Of a stretch of 64,000 nucleotides of DNA, positions 56,837-64,000 are shown piece by piece (the stretch's first letter is position 1; each line of letters begins with the position of its first letter). A model generated the notes under the pieces. It saw only the letters and a program-made list of their open reading frames with translations, was not told the origin of the DNA and ran no database searches. The DNA is from Bacteroidota bacterium (GTDB lineage: Bacteria; Bacteroidota; Bacteroidia; Cytophagales; Spirosomataceae). The DNA lies in NCBI GenBank assembly GCA_041158445.1, contig JBEBBJ010000002.1, positions 6,672-70,671 on the forward strand. The letters run 5' to 3'. A program made the position numbers and the translations under genes.

Positions 56837-56844
56837 TACCTTTG
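56837..56844 (+). promoter_or_regulatory. Bacteroidota -7 box (TAnnTTTG)
   Basis: TACCTTTG lies 8 nt upstream of ATG 56852, so the mRNA would be near-leaderless. Confidence 0.4.
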
Positions 56845-56851
56845 TATCGCT

Positions 56852-57550
56852 ATGATTAAAACACATAAAAATATCCGTAATGTTTTAGGGGAGCTTTTAG
56901 CCTCTGAAGACTATAATAAGAACCTGTTAGAGGTTCTTAAAAAGAACGTTTCAATAGATTTTAATGACATCGTTTCATCATTAAATGAAATTTACAATGA
57001 TGGTGGAGATTTGTTGAAATCAAAAGCAACTGTTGAGGAAGAATCAGTTGTAATAAAACGTAACAAGGTAATTAACAAAAACTACTCTGGACTATTAGAG
57101 CAAATTTTAAATAATGAAGGTGAGTTTATTACAGAACTAAGATTGTTTAAGCACCTTGAAACGATAATTATTAATACGCAATTTTTATTAAATCTTAATT
57201 TTAAAATTTCATTTTTAAAGCAGAAAAAGGGTTTATCTACACGTACTTATCTAATTGCAAAAGCTCCATTTTATTTACCAGATGCTGTTAGACAAGAAGC
57301 GAGAGTTTATGTTAGAAAGAATGTTTTAGAATTATATGAAATAGAAGATGGAGATAGAGTAGAAGACTATCAATGTGACGAAAAGGTAATGCAATTGGCA
57401 AAGGAGCAATTACTTAAAAGTATGCATAGTTCAATTATAAGAACACTAATGGAGTTTCATGATTTGAAAAATAATGTCAAATATGATTCTAACATAGTTC
57501 GTTTGTACAACCAATATTTTAACGATCTTAAAAAAGTCAAAAAAGAGTAA
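56852..57550 (+). CDS. Hypothetical protein (232 aa)
   Basis: ORF only; K/E/N-rich and helical-looking. No motif recognised. Confidence 0.4.
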   Translation: MIKTHKNIRNVLGELLASEDYNKNLLEVLKKNVSIDFNDIVSSLNEIYNDGGDLLKSKATVEEESVVIKRNKVINKNYSGLLEQILNNEGEFITELRLFKHLETIIINTQFLLNLNFKISFLKQKKGLSTRTYLIAKAPFYLPDAVRQEARVYVRKNVLELYEIEDGDRVEDYQCDEKVMQLAKEQLLKSMHSSIIRTLMEFHDLKNNVKYDSNIVRLYNQYFNDLKKVKKE

Positions 57551-57614
57551 GTATATTTTTTTCATCCGTTTACGAGTCAAAGAATCGTGATTCGTAGACA
57601 TAAATAATAACAAA

Positions 57615-59138
57615 ATGACACATAAAATCAACATTCAAGAAATCGAAATTGATTTCATCAAAATTCACCCTTTGCTTGAGCAATTTGTGAAACCCAAAAA
57701 GAAGGACCACATCGAATACACCATGCATCGTTTGGGTCAATTCACACCTTTACTAGGAAACCTAGTTGACGGAACATTCTACGTCACAGATGGGATTGTA
57801 CGATTGGACGTTGCAAAATCTTTAGGACTGAAAACACTACAATGTTTACACGTTAACATCCCCGATGAAGATGTAGTGAAGATTAGATTAACTAGTAATC
57901 AACGAACGACTATGTCATACTCAGAGATGGCACACTATGCGGAACATTTATTAGGTCTTTTGGGGAAATCTCAAGGTAAGAAAAGAGACTTAATGGGATT
58001 TGATTTTGTTGACAAAGACGATCATTACGGATTGATTGGAAAGAATCGATTTGAGTTGGTATGCCACCTTCTTAACCTACCTATCAAGGCTTCATCCTTA
58101 CGGAAATTGATGGAAGTTAAATGGTTTGAAGATGATAATCCGGATAACAAAATTGGAGTAATGGCTGGTTTGGAAAATGGATTATATAAAATTGATAAAG
58201 CCCATCAATTACTAGGGGAAAAAGGAAAGAAGGAAGCCCAAATTGCAGAAAGAAAACGTAGAGATTTTGAGGGAAAAGTAAATGATGTAAGTTATCATTT
58301 ATTTAACACGTCCTCACTAGACCTGTCTGATATTCCTGATTCTAGTTTTAGAATGTTCATTCAATCCCCACCATATTTTCAACTTCGCGATTATGTAAAT
58401 CAGTTAAAAGACTTTGTTCATGGTCAAGAGAAGACCTTAACGGAATACATTGAAAATGAAATTAAGTTTTACGAAGGGACTAAGAGAAAGCTACTTCCCA
58501 ATGGGGTAATTGTTATTATTATTGGGGAGACATACAGAGATGGCTACCAGGGTGTTTGTACCAAATTGGAAACGGCTTTAGCTGAAAATGGGTGGTATAT
58601 TTTTGATGTAAATACCTTTGTTAAGACCAATGCCAAGGCTACCCCTCATATTGGAAGATTTCTGAATTCTAAGGAAACAATCATTGTAGCAGGATTACAA
58701 CCCTACACAGAAACATTGTTCAATGATGTTACAAGACCATCATCCATTGGAGAATTTAAAGTAATACCGGGTTCTTCAAGAACTTCAGGGGCTAAGGGAT
58801 ATTCCATGGCCTCTCCTGAATCATCCATTACTAATGTATTTATTGAATCCGTATTTCAAAAGTCTGAATATGATGATGTTGATGAAGACTTCTATCACCA
58901 AGCTCCCACTTCAATTAACATTTATGAGAAGTTCATTAAGGCTTATAGCAATCCAGGGGATAACGTTGGAGATTTATTTGTAGGGAGTGGATCTGGACTT
59001 GAAAGTGCAATTTTAAACGGAAGAAATGGGTACGGGTGGGACGTGGACCACAAGTCGATTGAATTTTGTAACAAACGTTTGACAAAAAGACTTAAGGAGC
59101 GCATGAATAACAAAGAAGTATTATTACAAGCAGCATAA
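57615..59138 (+). CDS. ParB/Srx-like N-terminal domain fused to a beta-class N6A/N4C DNA methyltransferase
   Basis: ParB-like ..FYVTDGIVRLDVAKSLG.. (DGxxR). Motif IV FIQSPPYF precedes motif I VGDLFVGSGSGLESA near the C-terminus, the order typical of N-4/N-6 methylases. Confidence 0.75.
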   Translation: MTHKINIQEIEIDFIKIHPLLEQFVKPKKKDHIEYTMHRLGQFTPLLGNLVDGTFYVTDGIVRLDVAKSLGLKTLQCLHVNIPDEDVVKIRLTSNQRTTMSYSEMAHYAEHLLGLLGKSQGKKRDLMGFDFVDKDDHYGLIGKNRFELVCHLLNLPIKASSLRKLMEVKWFEDDNPDNKIGVMAGLENGLYKIDKAHQLLGEKGKKEAQIAERKRRDFEGKVNDVSYHLFNTSSLDLSDIPDSSFRMFIQSPPYFQLRDYVNQLKDFVHGQEKTLTEYIENEIKFYEGTKRKLLPNGVIVIIIGETYRDGYQGVCTKLETALAENGWYIFDVNTFVKTNAKATPHIGRFLNSKETIIVAGLQPYTETLFNDVTRPSSIGEFKVIPGSSRTSGAKGYSMASPESSITNVFIESVFQKSEYDDVDEDFYHQAPTSINIYEKFIKAYSNPGDNVGDLFVGSGSGLESAILNGRNGYGWDVDHKSIEFCNKRLTKRLKERMNNKEVLLQAA

Positions 59139-59186
59139 TTTATTTTTAACTAAAACCCCGTTGGTGGTTGACCAACATTAAAAAAC

Positions 59187-59522
59187 ATGACTGAAGCTGT
59201 CAAAAACAAAAAAAAAGAATTTGGAGACCTTATTCAAAAACTTGAATCTCATGAATGCCATTTCGGTAGTTATATTATTGAAGATGTTGATATTATCTCT
59301 TCCATTGGACATCATTTTGATTACAATTATGATGTGATCGATTATAATCTCTTGGTGAAATATCTGAATGATAAAAAAGAGGAGATTTCCAATTTGGTAA
59401 ATAAAAACTTTGGCAATTATGAATCAGATATTTTGGAGGGGATTGATGAAGATATTTGGAGTGAATTTGGTGATGAAATTGTAAAATTATGCAATTTAAA
59501 TTCAGGTAATTCTGATAAATAA
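59187..59522 (+). CDS. Hypothetical acidic protein (111 aa)
   Basis: ORF only; strongly D/E-rich. Confidence 0.4.
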   Translation: MTEAVKNKKKEFGDLIQKLESHECHFGSYIIEDVDIISSIGHHFDYNYDVIDYNLLVKYLNDKKEEISNLVNKNFGNYESDILEGIDEDIWSEFGDEIVKLCNLNSGNSDK

Positions 59523-59713
59523 TCGCCTAAAAATAATCACAACATCATCGTGATTTAGAATTCCATAGTTAAATCTGGAATATTGAAATCCTCATCAAAT
59601 CGATGGGTAGGGGGATTTGTGTATTAAATATTAGAAACCTGTGGGTGTATAGGATGTCAAACCCTCTTCAAACTTTAACCTTTTGGTGTATAAGGTCAAC
59701 CATAATTTTTAAA

Positions 59714-59992
59714 ATGATTGCAGAGAAATCATTATCAATTGGTAAAAATGGAAGTTTTGAAGTTTATCAGAAATTGCGTTTTGAACAAAAATTGAATATC
59801 TGTCTAATGGCGGATCGTGATATGCTTAGACATTTCTTTGGGGTAGAATTTACGAATAAAGAATGGGATGACTTTTTGAAAATGTGTGATGAGTTCTATT
59901 TGGAAAATAAGCACAGCTGGACAAACGAAATCATTAAAAAATGGAAACGAGCCAAATCCAAAAAGCAAAACTCAATTAAAATGACTTCATAG
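59714..59992 (+). CDS. Hypothetical protein (92 aa from internal ATG)
   Basis: ORF only. The ATG at 59714 (MIAEKSLSIG..) is preferred over the upstream non-ATG start. Confidence 0.35.
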   Translation: MIAEKSLSIGKNGSFEVYQKLRFEQKLNICLMADRDMLRHFFGVEFTNKEWDDFLKMCDEFYLENKHSWTNEIIKKWKRAKSKKQNSIKMTS

Positions 59993-60064
59993 GAAGTTAT
60001 GAATTAGTATGCGGCGTCATTGAATTGGAAGCAATATCTTTGGCGCCGTTTTCAACAAACTACA

Positions 60065-60313
60065 ATGAGAGACTTCGTTTTCGACTACACAAAGTACCTA
60101 ACCATAAAGATGACATGTGACTATCTTAATATATCACGTTCCACATTAGGCGCATGGATGAAAGAAGGTAAGATACCATTTTCAAGGATTGGTCGTTCAC
60201 CTCGATTCGACAGAGAAGAACTTGATCAGTGGATTAAATCAGGAGTAAGAACAACTATGGAGTTACCTCCATTACCAACATTAAATAGAAAAGTACGCTA
60301 TGGCAACAATTAA
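60065..60313 (+). CDS. Excisionase-family (MerR-like) HTH DNA-binding protein
   Basis: ..LTIKMTCDYLNISRSTLGAWMKEGKIPFSRIGRSPRFDREELDQWI.. is the excisionase/AlpA-type pattern. It overlaps the integrase start. Confidence 0.7.
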   Translation: MRDFVFDYTKYLTIKMTCDYLNISRSTLGAWMKEGKIPFSRIGRSPRFDREELDQWIKSGVRTTMELPPLPTLNRKVRYGNN

Positions 60314-61532
60314 TATTAGATTAGATAAGAGAGGGAATAGACCCGATAAACATGGGAGATTTAATCTTTCTGTCATTGTTCAGCACCAAGGTGAAGTCTT
60401 ATACCTGAATGTTGATAAGCTGACGGAACAACAGTATAACCACGTTTTTGTTAAGCGTTCGTTGGATGACAAGAGTAAAGAATACCGGCTACGATGTGAT
60501 GAGTTTTTAGAGAAGGCGGAGAAGGTATTCGCAAGAGTAATACCATTTGATAGACAACAGTTTAGAGAGGAGTTTTTTAAGGAGGAGGTAGTTGAACCGG
60601 TCGTTAAGGTTACACCAACTGAAATGACCTATTTCGAAATGGCGGAATATTTTAGAGAGAATAAGAGATTAAAACCTGCCTCGAAAAACAGAATGAAGAC
60701 CGCAAGAAACCAGTTGGAAAAGTTCAAGCCAGGGTTAACCTACAAGGACATTACCGTTAACTTCTTACATGATTTTGAATATGAGGTATCGAAACGAGGC
60801 GGTTCACCAGCAACCATTTCAGGCTACATGACAGATATTCGTACTGTCTTAAATTACCACAGAAACATCACCAAGTTTATTCCTCAAGATTATGAGTATC
60901 CATTTGGAGCAGGTGGTTATGGTATCAAAACGTTCTTCCCAACCAAGATAGTTTTAGGTGCTGAGGAAATCCAATCTATTGCGGAATTAACAGAGTTTGA
61001 AACCACAAAACAGGAATGGGCGCGTGATATTTGGTTGTTTTTATATAGATGTAATGGAATCAATTTTGTGGACCTTTTGGCGATGAGATGGAACCATATC
61101 CAAAGCGGTAGTTTTATCTTCTATAGGACAAAAACCAAGACCACAAGAAGGAGTAATATTAAACCCATCTCGGTGCCAATTGATGATAAACTACAAGCGG
61201 TGTTGGACAAGATTGCTGTTAAGGATAGTCCTTTTATTATCGGAAAGATGAAGGATGGATATACCGATACTACCTTGGCAAATAAGTCTCATAAGTTATG
61301 TGCTGAGATAAACAAGGAGCTCAATTATGTTACGCAGAAATTGAACTTGTCATTAAGTCTTGTCTTAGATATTGCTAGAGACTCTTATGCGACTACGCTT
61401 AATAGAAATGGGCGTTCAATTAATCATATCGCAGAATGTATGGGGCATGCTTCGCCGGTCATTACTTCAAAACATTATGTGGGGCAATTATCGAAAGAGC
61501 AGGTCATGGAGATTAATAGTTGTTTGTATTAA
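60300..61532 (+). CDS. Tyrosine-type site-specific integrase (Bacteroidota type with N-terminal arm-binding domain)
   Basis: 410 aa. N-terminus MATINIRLDKRGNRPDKHGRFNLSV.. resembles arm-binding domains. C-terminus ..ARDSYATTL.. and ..MGHASPVITSKHYV holds the catalytic Arg, His and Tyr box. Confidence 0.85.
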   Translation: MATINIRLDKRGNRPDKHGRFNLSVIVQHQGEVLYLNVDKLTEQQYNHVFVKRSLDDKSKEYRLRCDEFLEKAEKVFARVIPFDRQQFREEFFKEEVVEPVVKVTPTEMTYFEMAEYFRENKRLKPASKNRMKTARNQLEKFKPGLTYKDITVNFLHDFEYEVSKRGGSPATISGYMTDIRTVLNYHRNITKFIPQDYEYPFGAGGYGIKTFFPTKIVLGAEEIQSIAELTEFETTKQEWARDIWLFLYRCNGINFVDLLAMRWNHIQSGSFIFYRTKTKTTRRSNIKPISVPIDDKLQAVLDKIAVKDSPFIIGKMKDGYTDTTLANKSHKLCAEINKELNYVTQKLNLSLSLVLDIARDSYATTLNRNGRSINHIAECMGHASPVITSKHYVGQLSKEQVMEINSCLY

Positions 61533-61533
61533 T

Positions 61534-61558
61534 GCGCCAAGAATCACGCCAAGAATGG
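61534..61558 (+). promoter_or_regulatory. Putative arm-type integrase binding sites (right end)
   Basis: gcGCCAAGAATcacGCCAAGAATgg, ~110 bp inside attR. It matches the tandem motif at 36050-36070. Confidence 0.55.
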
Positions 61559-61666
61559 TGAACATAGATGAACAAATTCGGACAATCAATATTAATTAGT
61601 TTAAGATTATGTTTATATGGGGGTTTAAACCCTGTATGATAACATTAGGTTATGACCCTTTTCAAT

Positions 61667-61711
61667 CTGTTAATCATGGGGTCCCTGGTTCGAGCCCAGG
61701 AGAGGGAGCAA
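61667..61711 (+). repeat. attR core: displaced 3' half of tRNA-Asn (45-bp direct repeat)
   Basis: Identical to 35856-35900. No 5' half of a tRNA lies upstream. Confidence 0.9.
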
Positions 61712-61718
61712 GTTGAGA

Positions 61719-61746
61719 AAAGAGGTCGAAATGACCTCTTTTTTTG
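61719..61746 (+). terminator. Rho-independent terminator (probable original tRNA-Asn terminator)
   Basis: aaagaggtc / gacctcttt stem with a gaaat loop, followed by a T-run. Confidence 0.7.
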
Positions 61747-61771
61747 TTTAGAAATATGCTGAGTCAGTCGC

Positions 61772-62110
61772 TTATAATTTTGACTCAATGTCCTTCGCTA
61801 AATGGGAATTACCCCACTTGGCAACTTCAATTAAAACAGGCATCAAACTCAGTCCCGCCTTTGTTAATTTGTATTCTACTCTCGGAGGTTTTTCGTCAAA
61901 CTCAATTCGATCGATTAATCCTAAAGTTTCTAGGTCATTAAGTTCTTTTGAAAGAACCTTATTCGATATCGCGGGTATTAACTGATTTAGTTTACCAAAG
62001 CGGATAGTTTTATCCCCGATACAATTCAAGACAATCGGTTTCCATTTACCACCAATGATTGACATGGTACGAGTCACGGGACACTGAAAGGGATTGTCTA
62101 TAAAACGCAT
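61772..62110 (-). CDS. HxlR-family winged-helix transcriptional regulator
   Basis: 112 aa; CPVTRTMSIIGGKWKPIVL..RFGKLNQLIPAISNKVLSKELNDLETLGLIDR..VEYKLT is the HxlR pattern. Confidence 0.85.
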   Translation of the reverse strand: MRFIDNPFQCPVTRTMSIIGGKWKPIVLNCIGDKTIRFGKLNQLIPAISNKVLSKELNDLETLGLIDRIEFDEKPPRVEYKLTKAGLSLMPVLIEVAKWGNSHLAKDIESKL

Positions 62111-62198
62111 TTTCTAGTTACTTAGAGGTTACTACTAATTGAATAATGGTTACAAATATATACCACAATTAGGTAGCTTTGATGAAAAATAGATAAAT

Positions 62199-63290
62199 AT
62201 GAGAAAAGTATTGATAGTAGGGCTAACGATTATGTTAGCTACGTTTTCTTCTTTTGCACAACGCAAGGAAGTTATTTATGTGAATGCTAATTCGGGTGAA
62301 GATGGAGCGGCTGGCTCACAAGCTGCTCCTTTGAAGACATTGACGGAGGCGGCTAAACGTGTCAATAAATTAGTGGGTAAAGGAAGTATAAAAGTGCTTT
62401 TATCCGAGGGTACCTATGGGCTTGCAGAAACCGCAGCATTTAACCCAGTTCAGTGGGAGTTTTCAAATCAAGATCGCTTAGAAATTCAAGCTGAAATATT
62501 ACCAGATAGTTCCGTTTGGGAACCTAATAAAATGCCAATTATAGTCTCTACGATGCCATTTAAAATAGAACGCGATGACAAAAAAATAATTACTGGCGGT
62601 TCAAACTATGGTATATTAATTGAAAACAGTCATACCACAATTCAAGGACTTCGTATTTTAGGTGAACCTGTTCATGAGAAACCAAGAGCTGGTGTACTTG
62701 TTAGAAATTATCCAATTGTTTGGGAAGGGAAGAACTTAAGTGATTTGCGTGTTACGCAATGTTTGTTTTTGGGAAATCAATTCGCTTTACCTAATCACTT
62801 GGGGATTCTTGCAAATGGGAAACAACTGGAAGTAGACCATTGTGTATTTTACGGTGTGAAAGACGCAGTCGTAATGTGGAATTCGCCTGCAGAGCAATCA
62901 AGTATGCACCATAATTTAGTTTTGAACAGTTACGGGGCAGCTGTTTGGACATGGTCTACAACACCGGACTTCAAATTTTATAATAATGTTTTAAGTGGAA
63001 TTAATGTCTTTTGGGTGCTAGAGAAAGAAGCAAAAAATTCCTATCAGATTCAGAATTCTTTGCTTGTTGGATATAATGAATTGGTTAATCAAGGCGGTGG
63101 CCCACAGGATTTTGGCACACCTGCTGATCCGAAAAAATTGGTCTATAAGCCTGACTTTGTGGTTCAAAAATCAGGTGTCTTAGCCATTGAAGAAGATCAA
63201 ACGAGTCGTTTTTATTTACAATTAAAACCTGGAACTTTGGGCACGACATATGGCGCAGGGTTATTTTATAAATCATCAAATGAGAAATAA
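62199..63290 (+). CDS. Secreted right-handed beta-helix (DUF1565-like) protein
   Basis: Signal peptide, then YVNANSGEDGAAGSQAAPLKTLTEAAKRV, which is typical of DUF1565/pectin-lyase-fold proteins. Confidence 0.55.
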   Translation: MRKVLIVGLTIMLATFSSFAQRKEVIYVNANSGEDGAAGSQAAPLKTLTEAAKRVNKLVGKGSIKVLLSEGTYGLAETAAFNPVQWEFSNQDRLEIQAEILPDSSVWEPNKMPIIVSTMPFKIERDDKKIITGGSNYGILIENSHTTIQGLRILGEPVHEKPRAGVLVRNYPIVWEGKNLSDLRVTQCLFLGNQFALPNHLGILANGKQLEVDHCVFYGVKDAVVMWNSPAEQSSMHHNLVLNSYGAAVWTWSTTPDFKFYNNVLSGINVFWVLEKEAKNSYQIQNSLLVGYNELVNQGGGPQDFGTPADPKKLVYKPDFVVQKSGVLAIEEDQTSRFYLQLKPGTLGTTYGAGLFYKSSNEK

Positions 63291-63975
63291 AGTTTTTATT
63301 GCATTCATGATATTGTTGGCTCTACCAACCTATGCCCAACAATTCACCTGGGGAAATCAGGAATATAAAGCCATTAATTCTGTCGCTAAAGTTGTTGAAA
63401 TGGATGGATCAATGGTATTAGAAGTCACGAGAGACTTGGTGAAATCTCCGTTTGATATCAATAACATCGAGAATTCGGTAGATGGGCCCACATTTGTTAA
63501 GTTAGCGAATACCGACATCGAAAATGGTACTGTCGAAGTGAAGATGTTGAGTAAGATTCAATCAGACTCACCGTTTCCACAAGCTCGTGGATTTATTGGT
63601 TTGGCCTACCGAATTGACGAAGCGAATACGATGTTTGAAAATATATATTTGCGTCCAAGTAACGGTCGCGCAGATGATCAACTTCGCAGAAACCATACCG
63701 TACAGTATTTTGCTTACCCCGGTTATACCTTTAGTCGTTTACGCAAAGAGTCAAATGGCTTATATGAAACGTATGCAGATATTGGGTTAAATGAATGGAT
63801 AGATGTCCGGATTGAATTTTATAAGGAGAAAGTCGCTTTGTTTATTAATAACCAAAAGGCACCCAATTTCATCGTTAATAAAATGTTAGGCAAATCTACC
63901 CACGGAAGTGTTGGCTTGTGGGTGGAAGTGGGAACAGTCGGTTACTTCAAAGATTTGAAAGTGACAAAGAATTAA
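63280..63975 (+). CDS. Secreted concanavalin-A-like/DUF1080-like protein
   Basis: Signal peptide MRNKVFIAFMILLALPTYAQ from the internal ATG. The C-terminus ..VRIEFYKEKVALFINNQ..GSVGLWVEVGTVGYFKDLKV resembles the DUF1080 jelly-roll pattern. Confidence 0.45.
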   Translation: MRNKVFIAFMILLALPTYAQQFTWGNQEYKAINSVAKVVEMDGSMVLEVTRDLVKSPFDINNIENSVDGPTFVKLANTDIENGTVEVKMLSKIQSDSPFPQARGFIGLAYRIDEANTMFENIYLRPSNGRADDQLRRNHTVQYFAYPGYTFSRLRKESNGLYETYADIGLNEWIDVRIEFYKEKVALFINNQKAPNFIVNKMLGKSTHGSVGLWVEVGTVGYFKDLKVTKN

Positions 63976-64000
63976 ATAAAAAAGGGGCTCTACTAATGAG

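Larger units (their letters stand above)
35856..61711. mobile_element. tRNA-Asn-integrated genomic island (~25.8 kb) carrying a T9SS adhesin operon and an integrase/excisionase/recombinase module
   Basis: Exact 45-bp direct repeats sit at both ends. A tyrosine integrase and excisionase-like HTH lie next to attR. Tandem GCCAAGA(AT) motifs lie just inside both ends. AT-rich composition differs from the flanks. The displaced tRNA 3' half keeps its own terminator at 61719-61746. Confidence 0.8.

Noticed and set aside
61667-61711. Possible second tRNA-Asn gene.
   Set aside because: Only the anticodon loop to the 3' end is present. The upstream sequence cannot form the acceptor or D arms, so it is the displaced att repeat, not a gene.

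Overview
This window looks like Bacteroidota chromosome: TAnnTTTG -7 promoter boxes, T9SS type-B C-terminal sorting domain, PorP/SprF, UpxY, GH3-family and four-helix-bundle genes. Family calls rest on motifs I recognise by eye, not on searches.

Layout:
- 1-6915: 5' 6.9 kb of a giant minus-strand surface protein that runs off the window, so it is absent from the ORF track. Two tandem membrane-anchored AraC-type regulators follow.
- 9.5-35.7 kb: housekeeping block. It holds a thioredoxin-like protein, DUF4160/DUF2442 pair, GH3, DEAD-box helicase, ClC, M14 peptidase, lipB, yraN, ybeY, mnmG, acyl-CoA ligase, gmd, sugar dehydrogenase, UpxY and TolC/HlyD.
- 25146-25570: cluster of 10 perfect DnaA boxes plus an AT-rich tract, most likely oriC.
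- 35824-35897: tRNA-Asn(GTT). Its 3' 45 bp is repeated exactly at 61667-61711.
- 35856-61711: the repeats bracket a ~25.8 kb integrated island. Matching GCCAAGA(AT) tandem motifs sit inside both ends, next to a tyrosine integrase and excisionase.
- Island cargo: a transmembrane AraC-type regulator divergent from a translationally coupled operon (4619-aa T9SS adhesin, PorP/SprF, OmpA-like, 84-aa protein). The adhesin shifts from about 33% to 45% GC near 48.5-49.2 kb.
- Island maintenance module: serine recombinase, winged-helix protein with internal iteron-like repeats, and a ParB-DNA methyltransferase fusion.

Unexplained small-scale structure:
- A 19-nt-period array of four covarying mini-hairpins with a constant GACTAA linker (11729-11804).
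- TAGAGAT-type heptamer arrays starting at TAG stop codons, two of them flanking a four-helix-bundle gene, one with a perfect 26-bp hairpin.
- An 18-bp CACGTG-centred palindrome present twice.
- A repeated ATTGACA-N5-TGTCAAT element.
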